DNA of 64,000 nucleotides from Massilia sp. W12 (GTDB lineage: Bacteria; Pseudomonadota; Gammaproteobacteria; Burkholderiales; Burkholderiaceae_D), in the NCBI RefSeq assembly GCF_037300705.1, contig NZ_CP147776.1, positions 5,026,857-5,090,856 on the forward strand. The letters are read 5' to 3'. Made by a program: the position numbers and the translations under genes. Every line of letters begins with the position of its first letter. Positions within the stretch are counted from its first letter, which is position 1. Shown here in pieces: positions 40,668 through 50,113 of this stretch. The notes under the pieces were generated by a model that did no database searches, was not told where the DNA came from, and saw only the letters and a program-made list of their open reading frames with translations.

Positions 40668-41433
40668 TTCTTCATCAGACAGTTTGTGCGCAGGCGCTGG
40701 CCGCTCTGCCTCCGGTCGGCCGTCAGGACGAATTTCACCGTCACAACGCCAACGTTCCAAGGTGCGCACGCTTAGACCGAGTTCGGCGCATGCCAATGCT
40801 AAACGCGCACCAGCCTTCCGGGCCTGCAGAATATCGGCGATCATTTCAAGGCGCTGGGGCAACGCAGTCATGCGTCCTCGCCGTCGATCCCCAGCGCCTC
40901 GTACTTTCGGGACAGAACCAGCAAGGCCGCTGTTTCCGCCAGCGCTTTTTCTTTACGCCGCAAATCCTTTTCCAGCTCCTTGATGCGCTTTTTGTCTTTG
41001 GCCCGGGCTGCAGCATCGGCTTGACTGCTCTGGCTGCTAAGCGCAGCGTGCATTTCTGTGCGCCAGCGCTCCAGTTGCGCTACCAGCAAGCCTTTACGGC
41101 GGCAATACTCAGCCAGCTCTGCTTCGTTGAGCGCCGCCGCTTCCAGTACCGCAGCAAATTTCTCCGCAGCACGCCATTGCTCGGGGTTTTGTCCGTCGCC
41201 AGGCACAACACGACCGGCTTCACGGGCCTGCTTCCGCCACAGGTAAAGCGTAGCCTCTGGCACGCCGCTTATCTCAGCGACCTCGGCCACAGACTTGTTT
41301 TGTGGTGCGCTCATCAGCTTGAGCACATGTTCTTTCTTCTCTTGTGTGTATTTCATCATCGTCAGTTCCATCGCCCCCGGCATGGATTAGAACTCCAAAT
41401 CACTGGAGGCGACAACTATTTTGACACGGGGGG
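40668..41433 (-). mobile_element. IS3-family copy C, right part. It has the first 68 codons of orfB (40668-40871), an intact orfA (40868-41356) and the right IR, and it abuts a truncated CRISPR repeat at 41434.
   Basis: ORF 40620..40871 matches the copy-B OrfB N-terminus up to …KLSDEE and then runs into the copy-B IR. ORF 40868..41383 is 98% identical to the copy-B OrfA. 41411-41433 gcgacaactattttgacacgggggg is the IR. Confidence 0.85.
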
Positions 41434-43441
41434 TTCCTCTCTCACCCCGGAAAGCTATAATAGCAATTTTTGAAAAGGCGCGTGCAGGAGAGTTATAGTT
41501 TCCTCTCTCACCCCGGAAAGCTATAATCCGTAATCAGATGGTGAATCATTGCTGGCAGTTATAGTTTCCTCTCTCACCCCGGAAAGCTATAATGGGGCGT
41601 CTGACGTGTAAAGTGCCGGCACAGTTATAGTTTCCTCTCTCACCCCGGAAAGCTATAATGGCGAATGTCAGGGTTGGTCTTCCTCAGCGGTTATAGTTTC
41701 CTCTCTCACCCCGGAAAGCTATAATTCAATTAATGTCAACTCTGGGCTGAATTCAGTTATAGTTTCCTCTCTCACCCCGGAAAGCTATAATCCACCTGAA
41801 AAGAAGAAAAAAGCTTAAGCGGTTATAGTTTCCTCTCTCACCCCGGAAAGCTATAATGCGGCGGTTAATGCGGCAATCGTCACGATTGTTATAGTTTCCT
41901 CTCTCACCCCGGAAAGCTATAATGCACCAGGTGCCCCGGCGTGCGTTTTGCGCGTTATAGTTTCCTCTCTCACCCCGGAAAGCTATAATGCCTGGGTGGC
42001 TTGATCAGGCCAGTTATCAGTTATAGTTTCCTCTCTCACCCCGGAAAGCTATAATCGAGCAGCAGAGCGGAGAGATGATAAAAATGTTATAGTTTCCTCT
42101 CTCACCCCGGAAAGCTATAATGGCGGGAGTTTATTATCAGCTGGTACTTGTGTTATAGTTTCCTCTCTCACCCCGGAAAGCTATAATGCCAGGCGCGCCG
42201 GCAGCGGGATCCATCGGGTTATAGTTTCCTCTCTCACCCCGGAAAGCTATAATGATGGCGGTTGTATTGGCGACTGCAACATAGTTATAGTTTCCTCTCT
42301 CACCCCGGAAAGCTATAATGCAACACACGTTGTTGCACCATATTTACCGGTTATAGTTTCCTCTCTCACCCCGGAAAGCTATAATCCAGGACTGCGAACA
42401 GAATCATAATCGAGGGTTATAGTTTCCTCTCTCACCCCGGAAAGCTATAATCCTGATGAGGAAGAGAGCGAAGATAAAGATGTTATAGTTTCCTCTCTCA
42501 CCCCGGAAAGCTATAATACGGATCGTAAAGAGCTGATGCGGCATCAGGTTATAGTTTCCTCTCTCACCCCGGAAAGCTATAATGGATCATACTCGGAAAC
42601 AGTAGAGTAAACAGTTATAGTTTCCTCTCTCACCCCGGAAAGCTATAATTTTGTAACGGCTGAGGAGACTACGCGATTCGTTATAGTTTCCTCTCTCACC
42701 CCGGAAAGCTATAATAACTGCATCAGATGTAGCTGATTTACTTATGTTATAGTTTCCTCTCTCACCCCGGAAAGCTATAATATTGCCGAGCCTGTCGCGC
42801 AACTCAAGCGCGTTATAGTTTCCTCTCTCACCCCGGAAAGCTATAATGCTGCGCGCCGTACTGATGCCGCAGACTTCGTTATAGTTTCCTCTCTCACCCC
42901 GGAAAGCTATAATAAGGCATAATTGAGGGCTTGACCAAGCCACGTTATAGTTTCCTCTCTCACCCCGGAAAGCTATAATAGCAGCAAGGATTCGACGGCA
43001 TGAATTCGGGTTATAGTTTCCTCTCTCACCCCGGAAAGCTATAATGCCGGTTGCTTTACGTGTTTTCATATTGGCGTTATAGTTTCCTCTCTCACCCCGG
43101 AAAGCTATAATAAATGACTAATGTAGCACGCAATTTGGAATGTTATAGTTTCCTCTCTCACCCCGGAAAGCTATAATATGGGCATGTGCCAAACTGTCGC
43201 GTCAGGGGTTATAGTTTCCTCTCTCACCCCGGAAAGCTATAATGTGTCGTTGAGATAACTTGCTTTCCTTTTGGTTATAGTTTCCTCTCTCACCCCGGAA
43301 AGCTATAATTTAATCACAAGCATGAAAGCGCCAATACCCGTTATAGTTTCCTCTCTCACCCCGGAAAGCTATAATATCAATGTTGCGTAGCTCGACCTCA
43401 ATGCGGTTATAGTTTCCTCTCTCACCCCGGAAAGCTATAAT
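41434..43441 (+). CRISPR. CRISPR array 2: one 28-nt truncated repeat plus 30 full 36-bp repeats, 30-nt spacers, type II-C, adjacent to cas2. Each repeat ends in a -10-like GCTATAAT.
   Basis: Repeat GTTATAGTTTCCTCTCTCACCCCGGAAAGCTATAAT at 41492, 41558, … 43406 (66-bp period). The first unit at 41434 lacks its first 8 nt at the IS junction. Confidence 0.95.
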
Positions 43442-43451
43442 ATCCCACGCA

Positions 43452-43480
43452 CAAACCCTTGATTTTCAAGGGTTTTTTGC
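43452..43480 (+). terminator. Hairpin + T-run between the last repeat and cas2 (caaaCCCTTGattttCAAGGGttttttgcg).
   Basis: Perfect 6-bp stem followed by a T-run on the crRNA-sense (plus) strand. Confidence 0.5.
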
Positions 43481-43504
43481 GTTTTTGACGTGTCAAAAAC
43501 GCGC

Positions 43505-43813
43505 TCAAAACAGCAATAATTGGCTTGCATTGACCTTTTTTTCCTGAAAACTGGCTTCGCCCACCAGCATTTTCATATTGCTGAACTGGCGTTCGCTGAT
43601 TTGCAGATAGCGCACAGAACCCTGCGGCGGCAGATTTGCGCACAGGCGTTTGACATGTTTTTCCATATCGTCATTGCCATTCACCAGACGCGCATAGACT
43701 GAGAATTGTAGCATGTCGTAACCTTCACTCTGCAAAAAGCGGCGGAATTGAGCATACGCGCGGCGCTCGGTGCGCAGCTTGACCGGCAAATCAAAAAAGA
43801 CCATTAATCGCAT
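43505..43813 (-). CDS. cas2: CRISPR-associated endoribonuclease Cas2 (type II).
   Basis: MRLMVFFDLPVKLRTERRAYAQFRRFLQSEGYDMLQFSVYARL… is a Cas2 fold signature. There is a GAGGAAG RBS upstream of the ATG at 43813. It lies directly between cas1 and the array. Confidence 0.85.
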   Translation of the reverse strand: MRLMVFFDLPVKLRTERRAYAQFRRFLQSEGYDMLQFSVYARLVNGNDDMEKHVKRLCANLPPQGSVRYLQISERQFSNMKMLVGEASFQEKKVNASQLLLF

Positions 43814-43833
43814 AAACTTCCTCGTCTCTGCGC

Positions 43834-44772
43834 TCACGCCCCGCACTCCGTATCAAATAATGCCCCCTGCCGCCCCTGCGCGTCGATGCAAGGCAGGCTC
43901 AAGCGCGCCTTGCTGTCGCCTTCCAGCGCGCGCACCAGACTTTGCACGCTTTGCTCCAGCGCCGCCAGCACAGTGCAGCGCCCTGACTGTGTTTGCAGCG
44001 GCACATCCTGGTGCAGAAAACTGATCAATTGCGCCTTGTCTTGTGGCGTCAGGCTGGCCGCCTGTTCTTCCGGGTAATGGCGTAAAACCCAGGCGTCCAG
44101 CAGCGGGCGCCAGGGTTCTATCATGTCGTCGGCTAAATTAAAGGCATTGAATTCATTGCAATGGTGCAGGCCATGCGCCGGCAGCAGGCCGGCGGCGCAT
44201 AAGGCGCGCGCCAGCGCAGCGCGCACGATGGCGTAGGCATAGTTCAAGCCGGCGTTCCAAAAGCGTTCATCGCCACGCCGGAAGTCGCGCCCAAACAGCG
44301 CCAGGAAATATTTTTGCGCCGCTTGCGCTTCCAGATTATCCGGGTCGCCGGAGCGCACGCGCGTCGCCAATTCCTGTAAGTGCGCCGCGCTTTGCGTCTG
44401 GCCGTGCAGGGCCAGTACGCAGGCTTGATTATCAATTTTCTGTTTGATGATTTGCTGCCACAGGCGTTTTTGCAGCGGCGCGCCAGCCGCCAATTGCAGA
44501 CGCAATACGCGCAAAAAGCGGAAATGCGGGGTGAAGGGCAGCAACATGCCATTCGGCAAATGCTGGCCATTCACCGTGATCAGGGCGATTTGCTCCTGCG
44601 ACAACGCCGCCAGCAGGGCCGCGCTGAGCGTGACTTGCGGCTGATCCAGCACCAGCGCCGCAATATCTTCCAACGGCACTTGGGCGCTGCCGGCATCCTG
44701 CTCAATCAAGAGGCTGCGCTGGCGCAGGGCCAGACGGGCCGGCTGGCTGATCAATACGCTGCGCCAGCCCAT
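43834..44772 (-). CDS. cas1: CRISPR-associated endonuclease Cas1 (type II-C).
   Basis: Internal start MGWRSVLISQPARLALRQRSLLIEQDAGSAQVPLEDIAALVL… closely parallels the Neisseria Cas1 N-terminus (MTWRS…LEDIAV…). It has …AQAAQKYFLALFG…. The ATG lies 1 nt from the cas9 stop. Confidence 0.9.
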   Translation of the reverse strand: MGWRSVLISQPARLALRQRSLLIEQDAGSAQVPLEDIAALVLDQPQVTLSAALLAALSQEQIALITVNGQHLPNGMLLPFTPHFRFLRVLRLQLAAGAPLQKRLWQQIIKQKIDNQACVLALHGQTQSAAHLQELATRVRSGDPDNLEAQAAQKYFLALFGRDFRRGDERFWNAGLNYAYAIVRAALARALCAAGLLPAHGLHHCNEFNAFNLADDMIEPWRPLLDAWVLRHYPEEQAASLTPQDKAQLISFLHQDVPLQTQSGRCTVLAALEQSVQSLVRALEGDSKARLSLPCIDAQGRQGALFDTECGA

Positions 44773-44773
44773 A

Positions 44774-47700
44774 TCACGCTCCGCTGCGCCGCAAGGCTTG
44801 GCGCGTTTCGGGGCGCGCTTTGAACAAGCGGCCCAGCATATCGACATGGCATTTTTCAATATTGGCGGCGGTTTTAATGCCAATGCCGCGCTGCAGTCCG
44901 GCTGTGCCAACGGCTTGATTGCGGTCATGCGTCCATAGGCTGAAGGACGCGGTGGCGCGATCCATGCCGCCGAAATATCCTTCTTTCACGCCCTTGGCGC
45001 CCAGGTCAATGCGCAACCAGTCATTTGGGTGCACGCTGAAGCAAAAGGTGTAACTCGCATCCATTTCCGGCCATTCGCTTTCCGCTTTGTTGGCCAGGGC
45101 TGCTTTGTTCGGCAATGCGGCCCGCACCAGGTCCGCCACATACAGGGGCACGGCAAAATATTTGCCGCCTTTGACAAACACATCCACGCGCAACATGACG
45201 CCATTGTCGGCTATGCCGCCGCGCACCGGAATGCCGCTCTTTTGTGTGGTGAGCAGGCGCACGCTGCGCACCAGGGGCGCGGTTTTATCGCTTGCGCTGG
45301 GGCGGTAAAACGGTGCGGCGAAGGCTTTTTGGCCATCGTCTTTATGCAATTCCAAGCGTTCGCGCAAGGCTTCGATCAGACGCGCATTGCGCGGGTCGTG
45401 TGCGCCGGCGATGTTGTCCAGGTCTTTCAATTTTAATTTTTGCAAAGGCGTGTTGACTGCGCTCTGGCCGGTGGCGATGCCCTGCACTGCGCGGATGGTG
45501 TCGGCATGCGCTTCGCCGCTGCCGCGCCGCATTGGCGCGCGCGAGACGCGCACCGGGGCCACGCCTTGCGCCGGGTAGCCGGGGATGCGCGCTAAGCCGT
45601 GTTCCGGGTTGGGCGAGAGGCGGGCCAATAATTCTGCGCGGAAATGCGGCCAGGGCGGCGGAAAGTCTTCGCGCTGGCGCGCGGCCTGGATGATTTCGCC
45701 GGTTTCCGGGTCGGTATAGCTGTCGTTGAGGGCATATAACTCGCCCTGTCTGGCCCAGTAGCTGATGCGGTTCACCAGTTGCGGGGTGCAGGCGGCAATC
45801 ACCGCCGCATCCAGCGCATGATGTAAATCACCGCCTTCGCGTGCTTTCAGCAAACCCCATTTCATGCGCAAAAAGCCGGTCAATTGCCCGCTTACGACGA
45901 CGCAGCGCTGATAAGTCTTGCCGTCGGCAGCCACCGGCGCCAGTTGCAATTGCTGTTCCACCATGTTTTTAAAGCTGCGGCAGATGTAGCGCGTGTCGTT
46001 CAAATTGCGCTCTTTGAATTCCTGCGCCTGTTCTGCGCCAAAGTCTTTGCGCAAGAGGCGTTGTTTCTTGGCCTGGCGCAATTTACCGGCTTCGACCCAG
46101 GCTTGAAAATGGCGCCAGCTTTGGCTGTCTTCGCCTTCGCGCCCCAGCCATTCCCAGGGCGTGCGGTTGCCTTTATTACGGTTGCAGTGGGTGTGCGCCA
46201 GCACTTTATTATTCTGGCTGTCGTCAAAGCTGCGCGAATAAGGCAGGATGTGTTCGATTTCAGCATAACCCGCTTCAAACAGGCGTCCGATGTCCAGACT
46301 TTGCTGGCAATACGGACATTGCGCAAGCTGTTCGCCATACAGCCGGGTTTTGAGCACATCTTGCCCTTTGGCCTGGCGTTGATATTGATCTTCAAATAAT
46401 TTGACGGCTTTTTCTTTCTCAACCTGGAATTTTTCCTGCTCTTTGCTGATTTTCTGCCGTTCGTCAAACGGCTTGGCCAAATCGCGCGCCAGCTCAATAT
46501 GCACGCGCGCCGGGCTGCCGTATTGATCAATCAGGGCGTTGACCATTTTGCGCGCCTGGTTGATGGCGCGGTACACCACCGGATTGGCGAAATCTTCGCG
46601 GCGCGGCGGGCTGAGACGGGGCCGCTTGCCTTGGCTGAGCGGTAAGGCGCTGTGATGGGTGTAGCCGGCGTCTTGCACCGCTTCGTCATAGCGCCGCCCG
46701 GCTTGCATAAACGGCAGGATGCGTTTCAGCGCTTTGACAGAGAGGCCGATGAAGTCGCTGAAGCTGTGCTCCAGCGCGCTTTCGATGATGGCGTCGGCAA
46801 AGCCGGCTTGCGCCAGTGCTTTGCGGATTTCATCGTCATCTTTAAAACAGCTCAGCGTCCAGGCCAGCGCTTCCAGCCTGTCGTCTTGCAGGCGGTCTTG
46901 CAACCAGGCGTCTTTGGCGCCGGCTTTTTCATACATTTTGCGCAGGGTGTGAAAGCCGCTGGCTTCAAACAGCTTGGCGTCTTCCGGGTTTTTGCCTTCG
47001 GTGCGGTAACTCAGGCCGACAAAGGTGTCGCGCTCTGGCAAGTCGAGTTTCTTGCGCACTTGTTTATATGTGAGTTTGTCTTGCTCAAACGGCAGATTCA
47101 GCAGCAGCGTTCGTTCACTTTCATCCAGCTCGCGCCGCCGGCCATTGGAGACGATGCGTAAATTATTCAGGCGCGTCAGCCAGACAAAGCGTTCGGCGTG
47201 GATGCCGCGCTTGGGCGCGCGGTGTTCTGTCGGCTCAAAGGTGCAATAGCCGACCATTTTCAGTAAATTCGCGCCCGACAGGGTGGGGCGGCGCTCCATC
47301 AACAGTTTTTCACATTGCAATTGCAATTCGGTGCTGATGAGCGGATTGCCCAATTCGCGCTGTACGCGGAAAATCTCGCGCAATTCTTTTTGCAATTCCA
47401 GCCGGGAAAAAGTGTGGCGGTAATCGCCACCCTTGTTGCGCTTGGCTTGTTGAAATTCTTCATGCTTTAGGGCCAGTTCGGCCATGCTGCGGAAGTTGTG
47501 CGTTTCTTTCAGCTGTTGATTGCGCTGCACCCCGCTGAGCATTTGCCCGGCTTGTTCGTCGTTGTTGACTTCGCTTTTGCGGTTGGAATAAAAGCCGCGA
47601 TGTTTGATCAGGTGGTATAGCGCAAGCGCCAATTCTTCGCCGCTCAAGCGCTGATCCAAACCCTTGACCCGCAATTCCCAGGGCGAGAGCGGATGGACGG

Positions 47701-47956
47701 GCAAGTCCTGGCCGGCCAGTAAGCCGCAGCGCTTGAACAGGCGGCGCAGGCGCAGCAGGCGGTGGGCGCGGCGGCGCAGGCGGCGCCGGGCGAGGCGTTT
47801 TTCGCGCCGGCTTTTGTTTAACGATTCGCCGGTTTTCGGCACTTCCGCCTTGTCAAAGGCGCGCACATGCAAACCGAGTATGCGTTCACCCTGCAACACC
47901 GCTGCGCCAACTGACGCCATGCCGATATCCAAACCAAACACCAATTCTGCGCTCAT
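44774..47956 (-). CDS. cas9: Cas9 (type II-C, 1060 aa) with RuvC-I, HNH and RuvC-III motifs.
   Basis: N-terminus VFGLDIGMASVGAAV (RuvC-I Asp), an Arg-rich bridge helix RREKRLARRRLRRRAHRLLRL, HNH EIEHILPYSRSFDDSQNNKVLAHTHCNRNKGNRTPWEW, and RuvC-III HHALDAAVIA. Its size and the absence of csn2/cas4 imply II-C. Confidence 0.95.
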   Translation of the reverse strand: MSAELVFGLDIGMASVGAAVLQGERILGLHVRAFDKAEVPKTGESLNKSRREKRLARRRLRRRAHRLLRLRRLFKRCGLLAGQDLPVHPLSPWELRVKGLDQRLSGEELALALYHLIKHRGFYSNRKSEVNNDEQAGQMLSGVQRNQQLKETHNFRSMAELALKHEEFQQAKRNKGGDYRHTFSRLELQKELREIFRVQRELGNPLISTELQLQCEKLLMERRPTLSGANLLKMVGYCTFEPTEHRAPKRGIHAERFVWLTRLNNLRIVSNGRRRELDESERTLLLNLPFEQDKLTYKQVRKKLDLPERDTFVGLSYRTEGKNPEDAKLFEASGFHTLRKMYEKAGAKDAWLQDRLQDDRLEALAWTLSCFKDDDEIRKALAQAGFADAIIESALEHSFSDFIGLSVKALKRILPFMQAGRRYDEAVQDAGYTHHSALPLSQGKRPRLSPPRREDFANPVVYRAINQARKMVNALIDQYGSPARVHIELARDLAKPFDERQKISKEQEKFQVEKEKAVKLFEDQYQRQAKGQDVLKTRLYGEQLAQCPYCQQSLDIGRLFEAGYAEIEHILPYSRSFDDSQNNKVLAHTHCNRNKGNRTPWEWLGREGEDSQSWRHFQAWVEAGKLRQAKKQRLLRKDFGAEQAQEFKERNLNDTRYICRSFKNMVEQQLQLAPVAADGKTYQRCVVVSGQLTGFLRMKWGLLKAREGGDLHHALDAAVIAACTPQLVNRISYWARQGELYALNDSYTDPETGEIIQAARQREDFPPPWPHFRAELLARLSPNPEHGLARIPGYPAQGVAPVRVSRAPMRRGSGEAHADTIRAVQGIATGQSAVNTPLQKLKLKDLDNIAGAHDPRNARLIEALRERLELHKDDGQKAFAAPFYRPSASDKTAPLVRSVRLLTTQKSGIPVRGGIADNGVMLRVDVFVKGGKYFAVPLYVADLVRAALPNKAALANKAESEWPEMDASYTFCFSVHPNDWLRIDLGAKGVKEGYFGGMDRATASFSLWTHDRNQAVGTAGLQRGIGIKTAANIEKCHVDMLGRLFKARPETRQALRRSGA

Positions 47957-47993
47957 ACTGGCATTCCTTTAAAAACTGTTTTATACTCGACTC

Positions 47994-48090
47994 ATTGTAG
48001 CTTTCCGGGGTGAGAGCCGTTGCTATAATAAAGTTGTCCCTTCGGGGACAAGCTGTATCCAACCCGGCTTCGGCCGGGTTTCTCTTTTCT
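47994..48090 (+). ncRNA. tracrRNA: tracrRNA, divergent from cas9. It has an anti-repeat, two UUCG-tetraloop hairpins and an intrinsic terminator. A putative -10 TATACT lies at 47982-47987.
   Basis: ATTGTAGCTTTCCGGGGTGAGAGccgttgCTATAATaaag… matches the reverse complement of the repeat (ATTATAGCTTTCCGGGGTGAGAGaggaaaCTATAAC) with an internal mismatch bulge like the Neisseria tracrRNA (…GAGAACCGUUGCUACAAUAAGG…). Then GTCCCttcgGGGAC and CCCGGCttcgGCCGGG + UUUCUCUUUU. Confidence 0.8.
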
Positions 48091-48483
48091 GCCTCCCCTT
48101 TTGCACTGCTCTTGCTGATACGCCTTTGTGGCGACACATGGGGCCTGACGCCGGCGTATCGCTGCGCGCAACCCGGCCACTTTCTTGGCCTTGAATCGGG
48201 TTGAGTGAGCGCTTTGATTTTACCTGCACGCTGTGTTGTTTTATGCTTGATGCGCGTAAAATCAGGCTGTTGCTTAGTCAATAAAACAACGACTTGTTAA
48301 ACTGCCAGTGTTTGTGTTGGCGCAGTGTATTGATCTGCAATGCAACTTTCCGCCGATGCGCTATGGCGCGCCGGGCTGCGATGTTTGCAGTGTCCCATTT
48401 TTAACGCTTTTGCGCGTGGCGGCGCTTTACCCTTTGCGGCTTCCGTTGTAAGGTGAGCCATCGTCACGCCTGCAGGAGTTGTT

Positions 48484-49578
48484 ATGAATCCACGCACCTG
48501 GGTCGCGCAAGCGATCCGCATTATTGAAGCCGATTACAACCGTTCGGCTGACACCCATTTGTTTCCCTTGCAATTACCGGCTTTTCCGGGGATTGATCTG
48601 TATTTCAAAGATGAATCCAGCCATCCCACCGGCAGCTTGAAGCACCGCCTGGCGCGTTCGCTGTTTTTATTCGGCTTGTGTAATGGCTGGATTCACAGCC
48701 GCAGCACGATTATTGAAGCGTCCAGCGGTTCGACGGCGGTGTCGGAAGCGTATTTTGCGCGCATGTTGAATTTGCCTTTCATTGCCGTGGCGCCGCGCTC
48801 CACTTCGCCGGAAAAAATCGCCTTGATTGAGTTTTATGGCGGGCGTTGTCATTTGGTGGATGATGCGGCGCAGATTGTGCCGACTTCGCGCCGTCTGGCG
48901 CAGGAGTGCGGCGGCCATTTCATGGATCAATTCACGTATGCGGAGCGGGCCACCGATTGGCGCGCGAATAACAATATCGCGCAATCGATTTTCAGTCAGA
49001 TGGCGCAGGAGCCGCACCCGCTGCCGCATTGGATTGTGTGCGGGGCCGGCACCGGCGGCACCTCGGCCACCTTGGGGCGCTATGTGCGTTATCAGCGCTA
49101 CAGCACGGAAATTTGTGTGGCCGACCCGGATTTTTCTGTGTTTTTCGATTACTGGCAAAGCGGCGACGCCAATTTGTGCAGCGGGCGCGGTTCCCGCATC
49201 GAGGGCATCGGGCGGCCTGGAGTGGAAGCCAGTTTTATGCGCGATGTGATCGACGCCATGGTGAAAGTGCCGGATCACTTGAGCTTGGCCGCGCTTTTGT
49301 ATCTGGAGCAGGCGCTGGGGCGTAAATGCGGCGGCTCCACCGGCACGATTTTTTGCGCCATGCTCAGTCTGGCGGCGCAAATGCGTGCGCGCGGCGAAAG
49401 CGGCTCCCTGGTGGGCATTTTGTGCGATGGCGGCGAGCGTTATCTGCACAGTTATTACAACCCGGAATGGCGCGCGGCGCAGGGCTTTGATATTGATGCC
49501 GAATGCGCGCTGGTGCGGGACATGGCCAGTATCAGCCATGGTGTGCAATGGCCGCTGCAAGTGGCGCAGAAAATATGA
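48484..49578 (+). CDS. PLP-dependent enzyme of the cysteine synthase / Trp-synthase-beta-II fold family.
   Basis: PLP-lysine region …SHPTGSLKHRLA…, …IEASSGSTAVSEA…, and the glycine-rich PLP-phosphate loop CGAGTGGTSAT. Confidence 0.75.
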   Translation: MNPRTWVAQAIRIIEADYNRSADTHLFPLQLPAFPGIDLYFKDESSHPTGSLKHRLARSLFLFGLCNGWIHSRSTIIEASSGSTAVSEAYFARMLNLPFIAVAPRSTSPEKIALIEFYGGRCHLVDDAAQIVPTSRRLAQECGGHFMDQFTYAERATDWRANNNIAQSIFSQMAQEPHPLPHWIVCGAGTGGTSATLGRYVRYQRYSTEICVADPDFSVFFDYWQSGDANLCSGRGSRIEGIGRPGVEASFMRDVIDAMVKVPDHLSLAALLYLEQALGRKCGGSTGTIFCAMLSLAAQMRARGESGSLVGILCDGGERYLHSYYNPEWRAAQGFDIDAECALVRDMASISHGVQWPLQVAQKI

Positions 49579-50036
49579 CGGGCTGCCGCTTACAGATTGC
49601 GCAGGCGGCGGATTTGCCTGAATTATTTGAGATGCGCTGCGCAGCGCTGGCCAGCGCCAGCCAAAGCCCGTCGCTGCCGGTGTCGCCAGCCAGCCTGCAG
49701 CGCGCGTTTGCGGCGGGTTTTGTCGCCGGCGAATGGTGGTTGGTGTTGCGGCCTGATGGCCAGCGCATCGGCTGGCTGGCCTGGCATGATCAGGCGCGCG
49801 AACGCCATTTGCAGCATTTTTACCTGCTGCCGGCCTGGCAGAGTCAGGGCATAGGCGGGCGCTTGCTGCATCAGCTGTGCGCGGAGGCGGGACGGCGCGG
49901 TCTGGATGTGGTGCTGTCGGTGTTGCATGGCAGCCGCGCCGGTGCGTTTTACCGGCGCGCCGGTTTTATCCAGGATGGCGGCGCGCCCGGCGAAACCTGG
50001 TATCGTTTCACGGCCCACAGCGCAGCGCCGCTTTGA
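49575..50036 (+). CDS. GNAT-family N-acetyltransferase.
   Basis: ATGA overlap with the upstream stop. An acetyl-CoA-binding-like segment …QSQGIGGRLLHQLCAEAGRRGLDVVLSV… is consistent with GNAT motif A (Q/R-x-x-G-x-G/A). Confidence 0.6.
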   Translation: MTGCRLQIAQAADLPELFEMRCAALASASQSPSLPVSPASLQRAFAAGFVAGEWWLVLRPDGQRIGWLAWHDQARERHLQHFYLLPAWQSQGIGGRLLHQLCAEAGRRGLDVVLSVLHGSRAGAFYRRAGFIQDGGAPGETWYRFTAHSAAPL

Positions 50037-50113
50037 AAATTTGCCACAGGGCTTCAAGCAAGCGCCACTGATGAGTTACACTTCATGCTTTCCAAATTCC
50101 CTTCAAGCATCTG

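Noticed and set aside
35973-43069. ORFs inside the CRISPR arrays (35973..36524, 36126..36596, 42137..42328, 42587..43069) with recurring IIAFRGERGNYN / VIVSSLTPESYN peptides
   Set aside because: These are artefacts of translating the 36-bp repeat every 66 bp (66 is divisible by 3, which keeps the frame open). They are not genes.
47886-48281. Minus-strand ORF (131 aa) upstream of cas9
   Set aside because: It overlaps the tracrRNA anti-repeat, hairpins and terminator. The peptide has no features and the region is better explained as non-coding RNA.
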